Both the position numbers and the translations under genes were made by a program. The notes under the pieces are model-generated. The model was not told where the DNA came from, made no database searches, and saw only the letters and a program-made list of their open reading frames with translations. A stretch of DNA of 64,000 nt from Lama guanicoe (lineage: Eukaryota): NCBI GenBank assembly GCA_013239625.1, contig MU053792.1, positions 532,941-596,940 of the forward strand. The letters run 5' to 3'. This document shows, piece after piece, positions 12,930-26,230 of the stretch (the stretch's first letter is position 1; each line of letters opens with the position of its first letter).

Positions 12930-15900
12930 CTGTTAATTCTTAAATTTCCAGGATTCAGAAAGTCCATGATACATATATGTCATATATATATATAGATCAT
13001 TAACTTCTCTTAAACTAAACTGTATGTTGGAATGCTCTAATGAAATTGCAATAACAATCAAATTAGAAGAGTGTGTATTTACTGACAATAGACAAGTAGT
13101 CGGGACAGCAGTGAGAGTGCCAATAATTTTATAAGTAATTTAAATTACCCCTTTATTTTCCAGTTTAACTAATATTCTAATAAATATTATATTTTACCTG
13201 CTACCATTTTATTGGAAATTCAATGAATTCATTACAATTTTAAAATTTCACTTGTATCCGTTATTTATTTTTGCCACATACTATTTCAAAAATGATTAAG
13301 ACAGCTTAGAAGAATGCATAGAACTCAGGAAGACATAATGTACATTTAAAATAAATTAGAAAAATTATTCAATGAGAAAACAAAATTAGCAAAAGCAAAT
13401 GCAGCCAATAATGAGGTCAGTGCACAAAATTCATGCCTTCAACTCTTATGTACTTGTTGGATCTGGGCCACAATCTGCCTTTATTATTGGAGCAATCAAC
13501 AGAAACAGAAAAAAACATGATTCACAATACAGTTCATAATACTGGGACTCATATGTTTCCCATCTTAGGGTTTGACCCCAACCACCCATTCAGTTAGACA
13601 AAACTCACACAGGAGGTATCTACGATATTCAGTCCATCACTCTACCCAGTGATTTTTGCCTCCTAAATATGAATTGGAGGTAGTACCCTTTCCTAAGATA
13701 TAACTTTTTACACCTTGCAACTGGTGTTCCCACACCCATGTTTACTCCCCAACTCTAACACACGTTTGACATTGCAGCCACAGTGATCTTGTAAAATGCA
13801 AATAAGATTCTATTAGGTCCTTTAGTAATACCTTTTAGGAATGTTTTATTTCCCTCAGGATACAGGCTCAGTATGGCAAGCAAAGTCTTCCGTGGTATGC
13901 CTCCCCAACACCCAAGCCCGAATAATTTAATTATTTTCTTTGTGGGCTTGCTAAATGATCTTAGTTTAGTTCTGCAAGTTACTCTGATGCCTTGCAACTC
14001 AGGCCCTTTGCACTTGCTGTTCCCTCTGCTTAACTTTTTATTTTTGTGATTTTTTTAATTGTACAAACATTGTACATTTAATGATGTCCAAAAACATTTC
14101 ATGTAAGCAGATATCAGGACATTCCTCTACAAATGTACATTCAACTGCATATATGCTATATAACATATATATCATAAATAAATAAACTTTAAATATATAG
14201 GATAACTTAAAATAAATCTGTAAAGGAGTATATTAACTAGATTGGTTAAATAATGCCAAATTCACAGGGATATTAGATTACCTCTACACCATCAACTCAA
14301 AAAGTTCTTTTTCCTTGGAGTGAAAAAAATGAGTAATATGCCTGTAATATTTGTTTGCCTAGCTCAATAAAAATGTCCTAATTATGCTTCAGAAATGTAA
14401 AATATTTAACATTTAAAATAGTGTAGACTTTAAAACATTAAGGATCAAAAAGCTGATCTGGGACATGAAGAAAATAAATCTGAAAGTCTATAAAAATAAA
14501 AATCCCTTTTTCTACTGTTTATTTGCTAGAAAGATAATTGAAACTTTCTATTTCACCTCTTCTCACCTTTAGGAAGTAATCATCCAAAGACACTTGCAGG
14601 GAGAGAGACTATAAATTATTTGAGCTTCCAATCAAATGATAACATAAGGCCCAGGATAAATAAGTTTGTAGTCAATATCTTGAAAAGATACAGAAGACAC
14701 AAGGGTATTAGTGACACATTGTGTTCTGTAGATAAAATCTTTCTAAAATTATATTCCTTAAATTACTTTATAAAAAATGTCATAGGAATAAACTACAATC
14801 TTTGTTACTCATTTGTCAATTAAAGAAAATGTTATATCATGACAATATAACATTTTAAGAGCACACTGACGTAAAGGAGAAATACCATCTTTGGAAACAC
14901 CTTTTTGAAAATGAAAAGATAATGACACTTCTTAAATAAATATCAAGTGTTAATACAGTGATTTTTCTCTGGATTTGATAGTATATTACTATGACATTTT
15001 ATTCAAGAAGAGAGTTTTCTTGAAAATTGGATCCCTGGTGGATTTATCAATTTAAGTAATGTTATATTAGGCAATATTTAGCAAGGCCAATTAAATTTAA
15101 ACTAGAACACTATCTAAAGCATGAATAAGTGTTGAAATGTGAAAGATGTGCTTGTTGTGTAAAAGCAATGGAGGGAAGTAAGAAACAGAAATTAGCTGTA
15201 GCTGTTAATACTAAAGGAAGCATTTCTATATGCTCTAAAGACCACATCAAAAGCAATCTCTGGTTCATGTCTGTTGTGGTTACTGATACTGATGTGTGAT
15301 CAATTTTCTGTATATGATCAGAAGTCACATTTGATTAAAATAAACATAAACATTCCTCTAACAGAATAAATCGTATTTGATTTTGGAAGTAATGGGTAAA
15401 CATTGCAAAAACCAAAGTCATACACACAAACACACGTATTCTCCCACCACCTCTGCACCTCCTCCAAGGTTGGAGACCTCTAAAGTTATTTAAACTTTGT
15501 ATTCATATGTGTTAATGCATCTTTGTTGTATTTATTCTATTGTGTTTTATTCTACTTAGTTTCACTTCCTCATCTCACTGACATCCGTTTTTTAGCATTT
15601 ATTGGGAAAAAAAATGCAAAAGAAACAGATAAGGTCTTCAGGATGCATACGTACTGATCACATATTTTGCTGCTTTGTTGGAAGGAAATGGATCCCTAAA
15701 TCATTTCATTAGCCAGAAAATGGTCCCATTCACGTAAATCAAGAGTTTGAGAAGAGAACTGGTAAGAAGCCACCGTCAGGTGTGCGATGCTGCTTTCTGC
15801 TTTCATTTTTACTTTACTCCCATAAGTTCCTCTGCTTAGGATCCCGTGATTTTGACCATGTTCAGTATGTGTAAGCAGTAACAACCCAAAGAGATACCCA

Positions 15901-18411
15901 ATAGAAATTCAAAATAATGATAGCAGAATATTTAAAAGTGACTATGGGGTTAAATGATTGTAGTTACACGAACACTGAAATAAAAATTGGGTGGCACTTC
16001 CATGTCAGGACAGTAATATACGGGTGGCTCTTTTCTATTTCTAGAACAAAATCTCGTTACATCACGGTTTCAGCATACAACAAAATAACTACTGTGTTAC
16101 CATTGTTTGGACACTCATAGTCTTAGTGGTTTAGAGTATTCAGATATCTCTGACATCATGGAATCAATAAAATTACGGAATACTCAGCAGCAGTAGTTGG
16201 TAACTTCAAAGTCTGTAAATAAGAATTAGCAGATCACATTTTAAAACAAACAAACAAACAGACAGACAAAAAAACCCAGATAGCCAAGCTGGGACACGAT
16301 GGAGAGGTTTTTAGTGCTTGGCATTTACTAACTCTGCCACTTTTATCCTTGATGCCTGGTGTTCTTTATTCTAAGCTTTAAGTCTGTCTACTTTGTAATT
16401 GTTCTCTCCTCCACAGGGTCTCCAGTGAATCCCTGAATAATTGAAAACATTTATCTCCTCGGTGGTTAAGTTTTGGTCACTGTGGGACTGAAAGAGCTCA
16501 GGAAACTGGCCTTTGTGTTCATATAAAGATAGATTTTCAGATGGAGCAGCACAGCTTTGACACTGTGGCCTCTTTTCATTTAGTTAATTACTTCATTTTT
16601 ATACTACAGTGTTTTGTATTCACAGGCTAGTTATGACAGCATGGACATTAATATCTAATATGGATCTGACCTGGTGTCATAGTTATAATTCTCCCTACCT
16701 CTCCAAATATAGAAACCATTATTTTAACTCTTTAAATACTATTATACAACTAAAAATATGGAGTTATTTTGAAATACACCATTGCCAATGGGATGGTAAT
16801 GAAGCAAAACTTTAAAGGAAACTGGTAAAAATGAAGTATCACTAACCAGAATCATGAGTCTAGTGATGGCTATTATTATTATAATACTCTGTATATTAGG
16901 ATAAAACACTATAACAGCCAAAAGCAGAGAACTAGAGCAAGACAGAAACATAACCCTTCATATTTTTATGTGCACTTCTATTCTCAGAAAGTGAATGTCT
17001 TTGAGACACTGTAACAGAACTCTAAAATATTTGTTTATTTCCTCTATAAAGTAAAGGGTTATGAGGTTGAAATATATTGTAGAGTACAGAGTTGATTTGC
17101 TAATGGTAATGCGCTTAAGCTGGTAGACTCATTAAACCTGTTTTAAACCTAAGCCAGAAGATCTTTACGAGAATGCTCCAATGTCACTGAATGAACAGAG
17201 GAATCCAAATAGAAGGCGAGTAGAAAGGTTTAATGTTTTAAAACTTTAATCATAAAACAATTTATTTTTTAAAATTTTAATCATAAAACATCTGTTACTA
17301 TTATTCAGTGAAAACTAACAGTAAAATATTGGCCATATAATCTAGAAGTTAAAAATATTGTCCATAATAATCAGAGAAATCAAGTTACTGTCCAAAATTT
17401 GGTGGTATTAATTACAAATGGATTATAGTTCATTATTTTTATGCTTAAAATTACATTTAAAAATTACAAAGTAATTTTTGTGAATAATTTACATAAGATA
17501 GGAAAACACAAGGAAAGAGTTTTTAATTTAATAATCAACATTTTGGTGAACATCCTTTTATAAATGTCTTTATGAATTATAAATGAAAACACATACTTTT
17601 AAGTAACTACATATAATATATACTATTTTTATCATAGACAATTATTTGTCTTTTTCCCTCCTCCTTCCTCTTCCCCACATCCTATATTCTTACATTTCCT
17701 ACTTTCTACCCCAAGAAAACAGTGGCTAATAACTGGTGTGGACCCTTCTGTCTTCACTCTAAGTATGCATTCAGTCACACATGCATATATATGGTATATG
17801 AATACATATATGCGCATAGTATACACACAGACACAGGTAAGTGTACATGTCTGTGTGTTTGTGTGTGTGTGTGTACACACATACACATGTAGGCCTTATT
17901 CAGAGTTTGTATGACAGAAATGGGATAATTATAAGTAAATGCCTCTGAATCTTGCTTTTCTCACTCTACATACCCTCCATACCTTTCTTTCTAGTGATTG
18001 CATGATATTCCATGTTAGGGATATATAACAATTTTTGCAATCATTCATTCTTTTTTCCTCCTTCCTTCCTTGCTTCCTCCTTTCTTCCATCCTCTCTTCC
18101 TCCCTTTTGTTAACATTACAACTGCTACAATTGATATTTTTGTATATATAATCTAATGTATTGATACACTTTTTCCTATGGGGTGTAGTCATAGAACTTG
18201 GATTGCTGCCTCAAATTATATATGAACTATTCACTGTAATAGATGTTGCCAGATTGCTGTGGAAAATGTGGTAGCAATACTTAATTTCACAGTTAATGTT
18301 TAAGACGGCCTTATCTTTGTCAGTACAGAGTGTTAGTACTCTTTAATTTTTGTAGTACAAAGTGTTAGTGTTCTTTAATTTTTGTGTTGGTTTGCAAACT
18401 TAGAAGCTTCC

Positions 18412-18807
18412 TGGTGAAGTCTGAAACTGGCCCCTGTACACCAAGGGCAAGGAAGGAGCAAAGGAAAAAGGCAGATGGCGCCAGATTGGTAGGTGGCAGA
18501 TTTAATAAGCAAGGGGATTTACTTACAGGGCTTACTTTGGGTGGATGCAAAACAAGTAGATCTCTGCACCTGAATCTTAAAAGATTATAAAGAGGCCTTA
18601 ACTGGGTTCAGTCACATATTTACTCCAAATGGTCTCTATAACACATTGCTCTCTCACGTCTGTGTCCTTAAAAATGGCTCCAGCCATGCAAACAGTGGGC
18701 AAAACCTACATTCCAAGGAAAGGAGAGACGGCTGAAAGCCTCTGATTGCCTGGGTCCAGCTCGCGTGTCAACAAGCAGTCACATCCTGTCTGTGACCTCC
18801 TCTAACA
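18412..18807 (-). mobile_element. Probable ERV solo LTR (~395 bp)
   Basis: GC-richer island in AT-rich DNA bounded by TG...CA, with a minus-strand attaaa polyA-like signal near 18500. The TSD is not clean and the family is not identified. Confidence 0.6.
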
Positions 18808-19189
18808 TTTTCAAACTACCAAGTGTAAGTGTTACACTTTAATCGCCATATTCATTTATTATTTAATTTGTATTTCCTCCAGAAGTGGAGCACCACAGTA
18901 TATATTTTGGACCATTTTGTTTACTCTTCTGAATTGTCTATTTTTATCATTTTTTAATTGCTCCATTAGAATGATCAGTTTTAAGAACTTTTAAATATTA
19001 TGGATATCAGTCCTTTAAATGACACAAAAATTTTTGTCAACCTTATATAGTTTCACTTTGTTTATAGTAGTTTGCTATCATAACCATTTGATTTATGTGT
19101 AAACAGAAATATCTTTTATATATGAGCTTTAGCTCAGTTGAAAGTTTTTTTCCCTAAACCATAGCTGGTAAAATAGATTATCATATATT

Positions 19190-20135
19190 TTATTTTAATT
19201 TATTTAAATACACTAATTGTAGATGAAGATTATCAGAATGGATATTTTTTTTAAAAGACCCAATCGCATGTTTCATTGTCTATAAGAATCTGCTTTAACT
19301 ATAAAGACACCAACATAGAATACAAACTTGTGGTTGCAAAGGGGGCGAGGAGTGGGAAGGGACAGACTGGGATTTCAAAATGTAGAATAGATAAACAAGA
19401 TTATACTGTATAGCACAGAGAAATATATACAAGATCTTATAGTAGCTCACAGAGAAAAAAAATGTGACAATGAATATATATATATATGTTCATGTATAAC
19501 TGAAAAATTGTGCTCTACACTGGAATTTGACACAACATTGTAAAATGATTATAATGCAATAAAAATGTTAAAAAAATAAAAACAAAGCAAAAAAAAGACA
19601 CTGGTAAGTAAAAAGTAAAGGGATGGAGAGATATACCATGCTAACACTGGTCAAAAGGAAGCAGGGTTGATATGCTAATATCAGACAAAGTAACTTCAGA
19701 ACAAGGAAGGTTATGGGGATAATGAGGGGCACTGCATAATGACGAAGGAGCCAGTTCTCCAGAAGACATAAAAATCCGGTATGTGTATGCACTTAACAAC
19801 AAAACATGAAAATATATAAGGCAAAAATTCATAGAACTGCAAAAAGAAATACACAAATTCACTATTATAGATCCAGTAGGAAGAAAATTAGTAAGGGTAA
19901 AAATGACATGATCAGCACTATGAATCAGTTGACCTAACTAGCATTTATAAAATACTGTATCCAATCACAGCAGAATGCATCTTCACTGGGTCACATGGAA
20001 CATAAACCAAGACAGACCACAAACGTGCCACTAGTGTAAGATGTTAACAGAAGGGAACCAGGTGTGAGGTTTCTGGGAACTGTGTATACCATGTTCATAA
20101 TTTTTGTATTAATCTAAAACTATTCTAAAATAAAA
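19190..20135 (+). mobile_element. Old L1 fragment (ORF2 endonuclease region joined to an L1M 3' end), interrupted by a younger L1
   Basis: aaagacccaatc..tataaagacac|..gtaaagggatggagagatataccatgctaacac corresponds to the L1 endonuclease segment KDPTI..KDT..KVKGW..IYHAN. Confidence 0.7.
19311..19593 (+). mobile_element. Young 5'-truncated L1 3' end nested in an older L1
   Basis: Near-identical to 32984-33255. A-rich tail; TSD aaagacac at 19303-19310 and 19594-19601. Confidence 0.9.
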
Positions 20136-21354
20136 AATTATAATATAAAGAATAGATGTGAATTTTAGAAGTATATATAGAAGTTTTAATATCACATTTA
20201 GATAAGTAGGCATGGAAAAATCATAACATTGAATTCAAAATTTCTAAAAGAAGGTACCAAAAAGTTAAAATTTTTAATTTGCCATGTATTTAGGAACAAC
20301 TGTAATTAAATTACAGGATATTAAACGTACTTTTCATGTTAGCAAATATGCATATTTTAACTAGCAAAGCTGATGGTTTTGACTATATCATGTTGCTTAT
20401 TTTTATGAAATGTATTTCAGCATTTAACATGGTAGTTAACTGTAAGTGAAATAAATGATCTGAGAAAATATTTTTGTTACCTCTGTTATGCTTCTTAACT
20501 TTCTTTTGATGCTCTCCTTAGCAGAAGGTTTTAAAGATTGGTATCGATGTTCATTAATAGTAACAAGCAGTTTCATGAATATCAAATGCTACTATGAAGA
20601 ATTGTGAAGAATTTAATGCTATTGAAATTCATTTAACTTTTGAAAACAAATTATTGCTCAAAATGTCACCTAACATTTCAAATTATTATTTGTTGAAAGC
20701 CATTGTGAAGCCAGTCAATAAACTATTTCATATAATGGTAGTATAAATATTTCATGACAAAAGTCAGTGGTATCCTGCTGCCAAATGATAATGTCATTGC
20801 AACAAATCCTTAGAGCTAGGTTCCAGGAGTAAAGTTCAAAGTCCCTCATGCAAAGAGCATAAGTTAGGATTACCCTTCTGTGAAAATAATTTAGCATTTA
20901 ATAATTTGGGGCAATATTTTATCTTCAAATACATATATCTTCTTAGAATACTTTGAGTATGGGAATATTTAAGAATCTCAAGCTTTACATATTTTTACTA
21001 CCCACCACAAAAGTTAAGAATTGTTTCACATGTCAGACACATATAATTGTTACTTCCAGAGTTTTACCAAATTAGTGAATATAATCACCTTCTTTTTCTG
21101 AATCAGAAAAACACATTATGTTTTACTTTTAGGCATTGCTTTAGCGTCATTTATCTTTCATAAACAAAATTGTTGGATTTTTTTTAAATTTGCAAATTGC
21201 TTTGATATTGCTATGTAAAAGATAATGAAACTGTCATGTTTAAAAGCCTAATTTTATAGTATGTGCTTGTAACATATTTGACATGATTTAACTACTGTGG
21301 ATGTAAGATAATCACTTTTTTCTTATAGGATTTGTTCCCTTGCTCCATTTCTGA

Positions 21355-21510
21355 CTTTTTAAAAAGTTTATTAAAGTATAGTTGGTCTACAATGTTGTGT
21401 TAATTTCTGGTGTACAGCATAATGATTCAGTCATATATATAACATATTACATATTCCTTTTCATATTGTTTTCATTACAGGCTATTATAAGATATTGAAT
21501 ATAGTTCCCT
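21355..21510 (-). mobile_element. Short L1 3' end (~155 bp)
   Basis: Homologous to 12775-12929 and to 21545-21690. No clear TSD. Confidence 0.8.
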
Positions 21511-21538
21511 ACATCTTGTTGATAGAATAATGACTCTT

Positions 21539-24500
21539 TTTTTAATATGTTTTTATTGAAGTATGGTCAGTTTACAATGCTATGTCAATTTCCAGTGCAC
21601 AGCACAATAACTCAGGCATATAGGAACATAAATATATTCATTCTCACATTTTCTTTAACCATAAGTTACTACAAGATATTGAATATAATCCCCCATATAT
21701 AGTATATATATAATTCCCCTATATAGTATTAAGTTATTGTTAATCTATTATATATATAATAGTTAGTATCTGCAAATCTTGAAATCCTGATTTATCCCTT
21801 CCCACTCCCTTTCCCCCCACCCAGTTAACAATAAGTTTGTTTTCTATGTCTGTGAGTCTGTTTCTGTTTGGTAAATAAATTTGCTTGTCTTTTTTTTAAG
21901 ATTCCACATATAAGTGATATCATATGGAACTTTTCTTTCTCTTTCTGGCTTACTTCACTTAGAATGACAATCTTCAGGTCATCCACGTTGCTGCAAATGA
22001 CATTATTTTATTATTTTTATGGCTGAGTAGTATTCCATTGTATAAATATACCACAGCTTCTTTATCCAGTGATCTGTTGATGGACATTTAGGTTATTTCC
22101 TTGTTTTGGCTATTGTAAATAGTGCTGCTCTGAACATTGGGGTGCATATATCTTTTTGAATTAAGGCTCTGGATATTTGCCCAGGGGTGGAATTGCTGGA
22201 TCATATGGTAAGTCTATTTTTAGTCTTTTGAAGAATCTCCATACTGTTTTCCAAAACAACTGCACCAAACTACATTCCCACCAACAGTGTAGGAGGGTTC
22301 CCTTTTCTCCACAGCCTCTCCAGCATTTATTGTTTATGGGCTTTTGAATGATGGCCATTCTGACTGGTGTGAGGTGATACCTCATTGTAGTTTTGATTTG
22401 CATTTCTCTGATAATTAGTGATACTGAGCATTTTTTCATGTGCCTATTGGCCACATGTATGTTCATTAGAGAATTGCTTGTTTAGGTCTTCTGCCCATTT
22501 TTGGATTGGGTTATTTGTTTTTTCTTATTAAGTTGTATGAGCGTTTTTATATTCTGGAAATTAAACATTTGTCAGTCACATCATTTGCAAATATTTTCTC
22601 CCATTCCGTAGGTTGTCTTTTTGTTTTGCTTATCATTTCCTTTGCTGTTCAAAAATTGTAAGTTTAATTAGGCTTTTATTTCTATTGCTTGGGTAGACTG
22701 CCTAAGGAGACCATTGCAGAGATTTATGTTAGATAATGTTTTGCCTGTGTTTTCTTCTAAGAGATTTATTGTGTCTTGTCTTATGTTTAAGTCTTTAAGA
22801 CATTTTGAGTTTAGGTTTTGTCTTTTTCTTTTTCTAATTTTTTTAGGTGTTACATTAGATTGTTTATTTGAGATTGTTCTTTTTTGAGGAAAGTCTGTAT
22901 TGCTATGAACTTCCATCTTAGAGTTGCTTTTACTGCATCCCACAGATATTGTGTGGTTGTGTTTTCATTGTCATTTGTCTCAAGGTATTTTTTAATTTAT
23001 TATTTCATTTTATCATTGACACATTGGTTTTTTAGTAGCATGTTATTTAGTCTTCATGCTGTCATGTTTTTTTATTTTTCTTTCCTTTTTCTGTGACTGA
23101 TTTCTTGTTTCATGCCCTTGTGGTCGGAGAAGATGCCTGGAATAATTTCTATCCTCTTAAATTTGTTGAGGCTTATTTGTGCCTGAGTATGTGGTTTATC
23201 CTAGAGAATATTCCATGTGCACTTGAAAAGAATGTATGTTCTACTTTTGGGTGATGTAATGTCCTAAAAATGTCAACCAAGTCCAACTGTTCTATTGCAT
23301 CATTTAGTTTCTCCATTGCCTTATTAATTTTCTGGCTGAAAGATCTGTCCAATGATGTTAATGGGGTGTTAAAGTCTCCTACCATTGTTATATGCCCATT
23401 TATTTCTCTTTTAGGCCTGATAGTATTTGTTCTATATATTTAGGTGCTTCTATATTGGGTGCATCTATGTTAATGAGTGTGATACCTTCATCTTGTATTG
23501 CTCCTTTGTTCTTTATATAGTGTCCTTCTTTATCTCTCCTTATGGTCTTTGCTTTAAAGTCTGTTTTGTCTTATATGAGGATTGCTACTCCCACTGTCTT
23601 GTCAATTCCATTTGCATGAAATATCTTTTTCTATTCTCTCACTTTCAATCTTTCCGTGTCTTTCACTCTAAAGTGGGTCTCCTGTAGGCGACATATTGTA
23701 GGCTTTTGTTTTATTATCCAAGCCACTGTATGTCTTTTGATTTGAGCATTTACTCCACTGATGTTTATATTTATTATTGATAGATGTGTGTTTATTGCCA
23801 TTTTGAACTTTGTTTTCCAGTTAATTTGTTATTTCTCCTTTGCTCACTTCTTTTCCTTTTTGTTTTTTTCTTTTTGTGGTTTGATAATTTTCTTTTGTAT
23901 TATCTTGGTTTCTTTTGTGTGTGTGTGACTTTATTGTATGCTTTTGATTTGTGCTTACCCTATTTTTCAGGTATGTTAACCCCTTACTATATCTGTTTGC
24001 TTTAGACTGATTGTCATCTTGGCTCAAACACATCTTAAAAAGAACAAATAAAAAAAAAAGAATCATTTACTTATCTTTAACTTTGGCCACCTTAATTATA
24101 ATATATCTTGGTGTAGATCTGTTTGGGTTTTTCTTATTTGGGCCCTCTGTGCCTCCTGTACTTGGATATCTGCTTTCTTCTTTAGGTTTGGAAGTTTTCA
24201 GTCTTGATTTCTTCAAATACCTTTTCAATCCCCTTTTCTCTTTCTTCTCCTCTGGGACCCCTATTATGCATAGGTTCGCTTGCTTTATATTATCCCATAG
24301 GTCCCTTATATTGCTTTCATTGGTTTTCATTCGCTTTTCTGTCTGCTGTTCTGATTGGGTGACTTCTATTATCCTGTCTTCTAAGTCACTTATTCGTTCT
24401 TCCACATTGTCTAGTCTGCTTTTGACTGCCTTTAACTTGGCTCTTATCTCAGCCATTGAGTTTCTGTTTTTAATTGGCTCTTCTTTATAGTTTCAATTTC

Positions 24501-26230
24501 CTTTTTAAAGTATTCTCTGTCTCTATTGATAGTCTCTTTTAGTTCTTTCAGGACATTGATCATTCCCTTATTGAAGTCATGATCGAGTAGACTTTAGAGG
24601 GCTATTTCATTGATCATTCTTTCAGGGGATTTCTCTTGTTCTTTTCATTGAAAGTAGTTCCTCTGCTTCTTCATTTTACATATATTTCTCTGGCTCTGTG
24701 GATTTAGGAGTATCAGTCATCTACCATGGTCTTGAAGGGCTGTTTTTTATGTAAAGTGGGAGTGTTCCTTTGTAGACTGTGTGTATCTAATAGTTTTGTT
24801 GTGATGGCTGTTTGTAGTATGGATGGTAGCCATGTCTTCCTTCTGTATGTTTGGCTGTTATCCCTTTCATTGGAGGTGTGGTTTGTATTGTGATATTCAG
24901 AGCCTCCCCTGGTTTTTGTCATTCAGCCAGGCCTCCTTTTTTGTTCTGTAGCTGTCACAGCCTTGACATAGGCCTGGTCTCCCCTGTTGCTGGAATCGAG
25001 GCTTCTAGACCAATTTCTGAGCTGTGATGTGTAGTAGGATTGGAGTGCTTCAGCTGGGAAGAAGAGTAGGCAGGAGATGTCAACTGGGAGATGCCCTCTG
25101 TGATGTTGTCTGTCACTTGTTATGTGGGCTTACAGTGTACTCTTTGTTGAAACTGCCTTCGTCCCCACCTTAGCTGCAGGAATGTCCACCACCTGCTCTG
25201 GTGTCCACCAGGTTCTGAGCTCCCGGAACCATCAGTGCAGATCTGCCAATGTCAGGCACTAGGAACCATGGTAGCAAGCATGCAGTCACACACCTGAATC
25301 TGTGGTTGCCACAGGGTCAGTGCACACCCCAGCCCCACCTCCACATATGGTCTGGTAAGCAAGCCTGTTGTAAATACCTGTACTCACCCCTGCCATGCAT
25401 CAGAATTCTGCTCACTGCCTGTTCATCCCAGAAGATCTACAAAGGTCCAGAAAGAGCAAATCCACCTTCTCTGCCTAGGGTTATAAACAAGTCTCAGTCC
25501 TGCCTGTTAAGTTGTAGTCCTGCTGAGTATAGATTTAGCTTTCAGCCCCACCTCTGCACTGCAGTGATGACTATGACTAAGCCCTACTTCTCTTCTAGCA
25601 AGAACACACCAACAGTGGAGCCAAGCAGACAAAGTGGCCCTGGCATGGCTGCATTGCACCTCTCCCCTACACAGATACACCAACAGTGGTGCTTTTTTAT
25701 GGTGATCTCAGGCTGTTCTGTTCTGCACACACACCCCAGCCAGAGCTCACACTGCCCTCCAGTTCCCTGAGGCTGCCTCTGTGCAGTGGGCTTGTTACAG
25801 ATCTCCAGCAGCCAGGCCAGGCTTGTCCCTGCCAGCTCGCATCTAGTGTTGGGGATCTCAGAGACCCTCCATGGCAATTTCTCTTAGTTCTGTCTGCCAA
25901 GTGGTTGCCACTTTCTCCTTGGAGCTTCAGAAGTACCACTTCTGTCCCTGCTGAGCTCCCAGCTGGAGGGGGGTGTCTCAGTGTGAGGGTCTTTTTCTTC
26001 CTATGCTGCTCCCTCTCTTCAGGAATGGCCCTCCATTGATTTTTTTCTTTTTTTTTTTTTCTTACTGGACTTTGTGAGAATCCTCCTGTATTTTGAAATG
26101 AGAGACACTCTGCCAGAGTTCAGTAGGCATTCTGTGTGATTCAGTGGGTTTGTAGATGTGATTCTTGGTGTATTTGTGGGAGAGGGTGAGCTGTGAGTCT
26201 CTCTACGCCATCATCTTGACCCAACTCCCT
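21539..26230 (-). mobile_element. LINE-1 with both ends and a TSD but an internal ORF2 deletion
   Basis: ORF1 fragment 24067-24456, endonuclease 23173-23385 (VGDFNTPLTSLDRS), ORF2 C-terminus 22161-22466 ([18 protein letters not shown]). Poly(T) at 21539. TSD gaataat(g/c)actctt at 21525-21538 and 26237-26250, followed by aa. Minus-strand start tcaagatgatggcg near 26220. Confidence 0.95.

Noticed and set aside
14560..15330. Acceptor-like site and 67-72 aa ORFs, considered as a pseudogene or transposase relic
   Set aside because: The frames I translated resemble no protein family I recognise; a tblastx or Dfam search would be needed.
17229..17290. 20-bp direct repeat around a T-rich spacer, resembling a tail-only L1 insertion
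   Set aside because: More simply explained as a ~31 bp tandem duplication, like the similar one at ~18323-18385.
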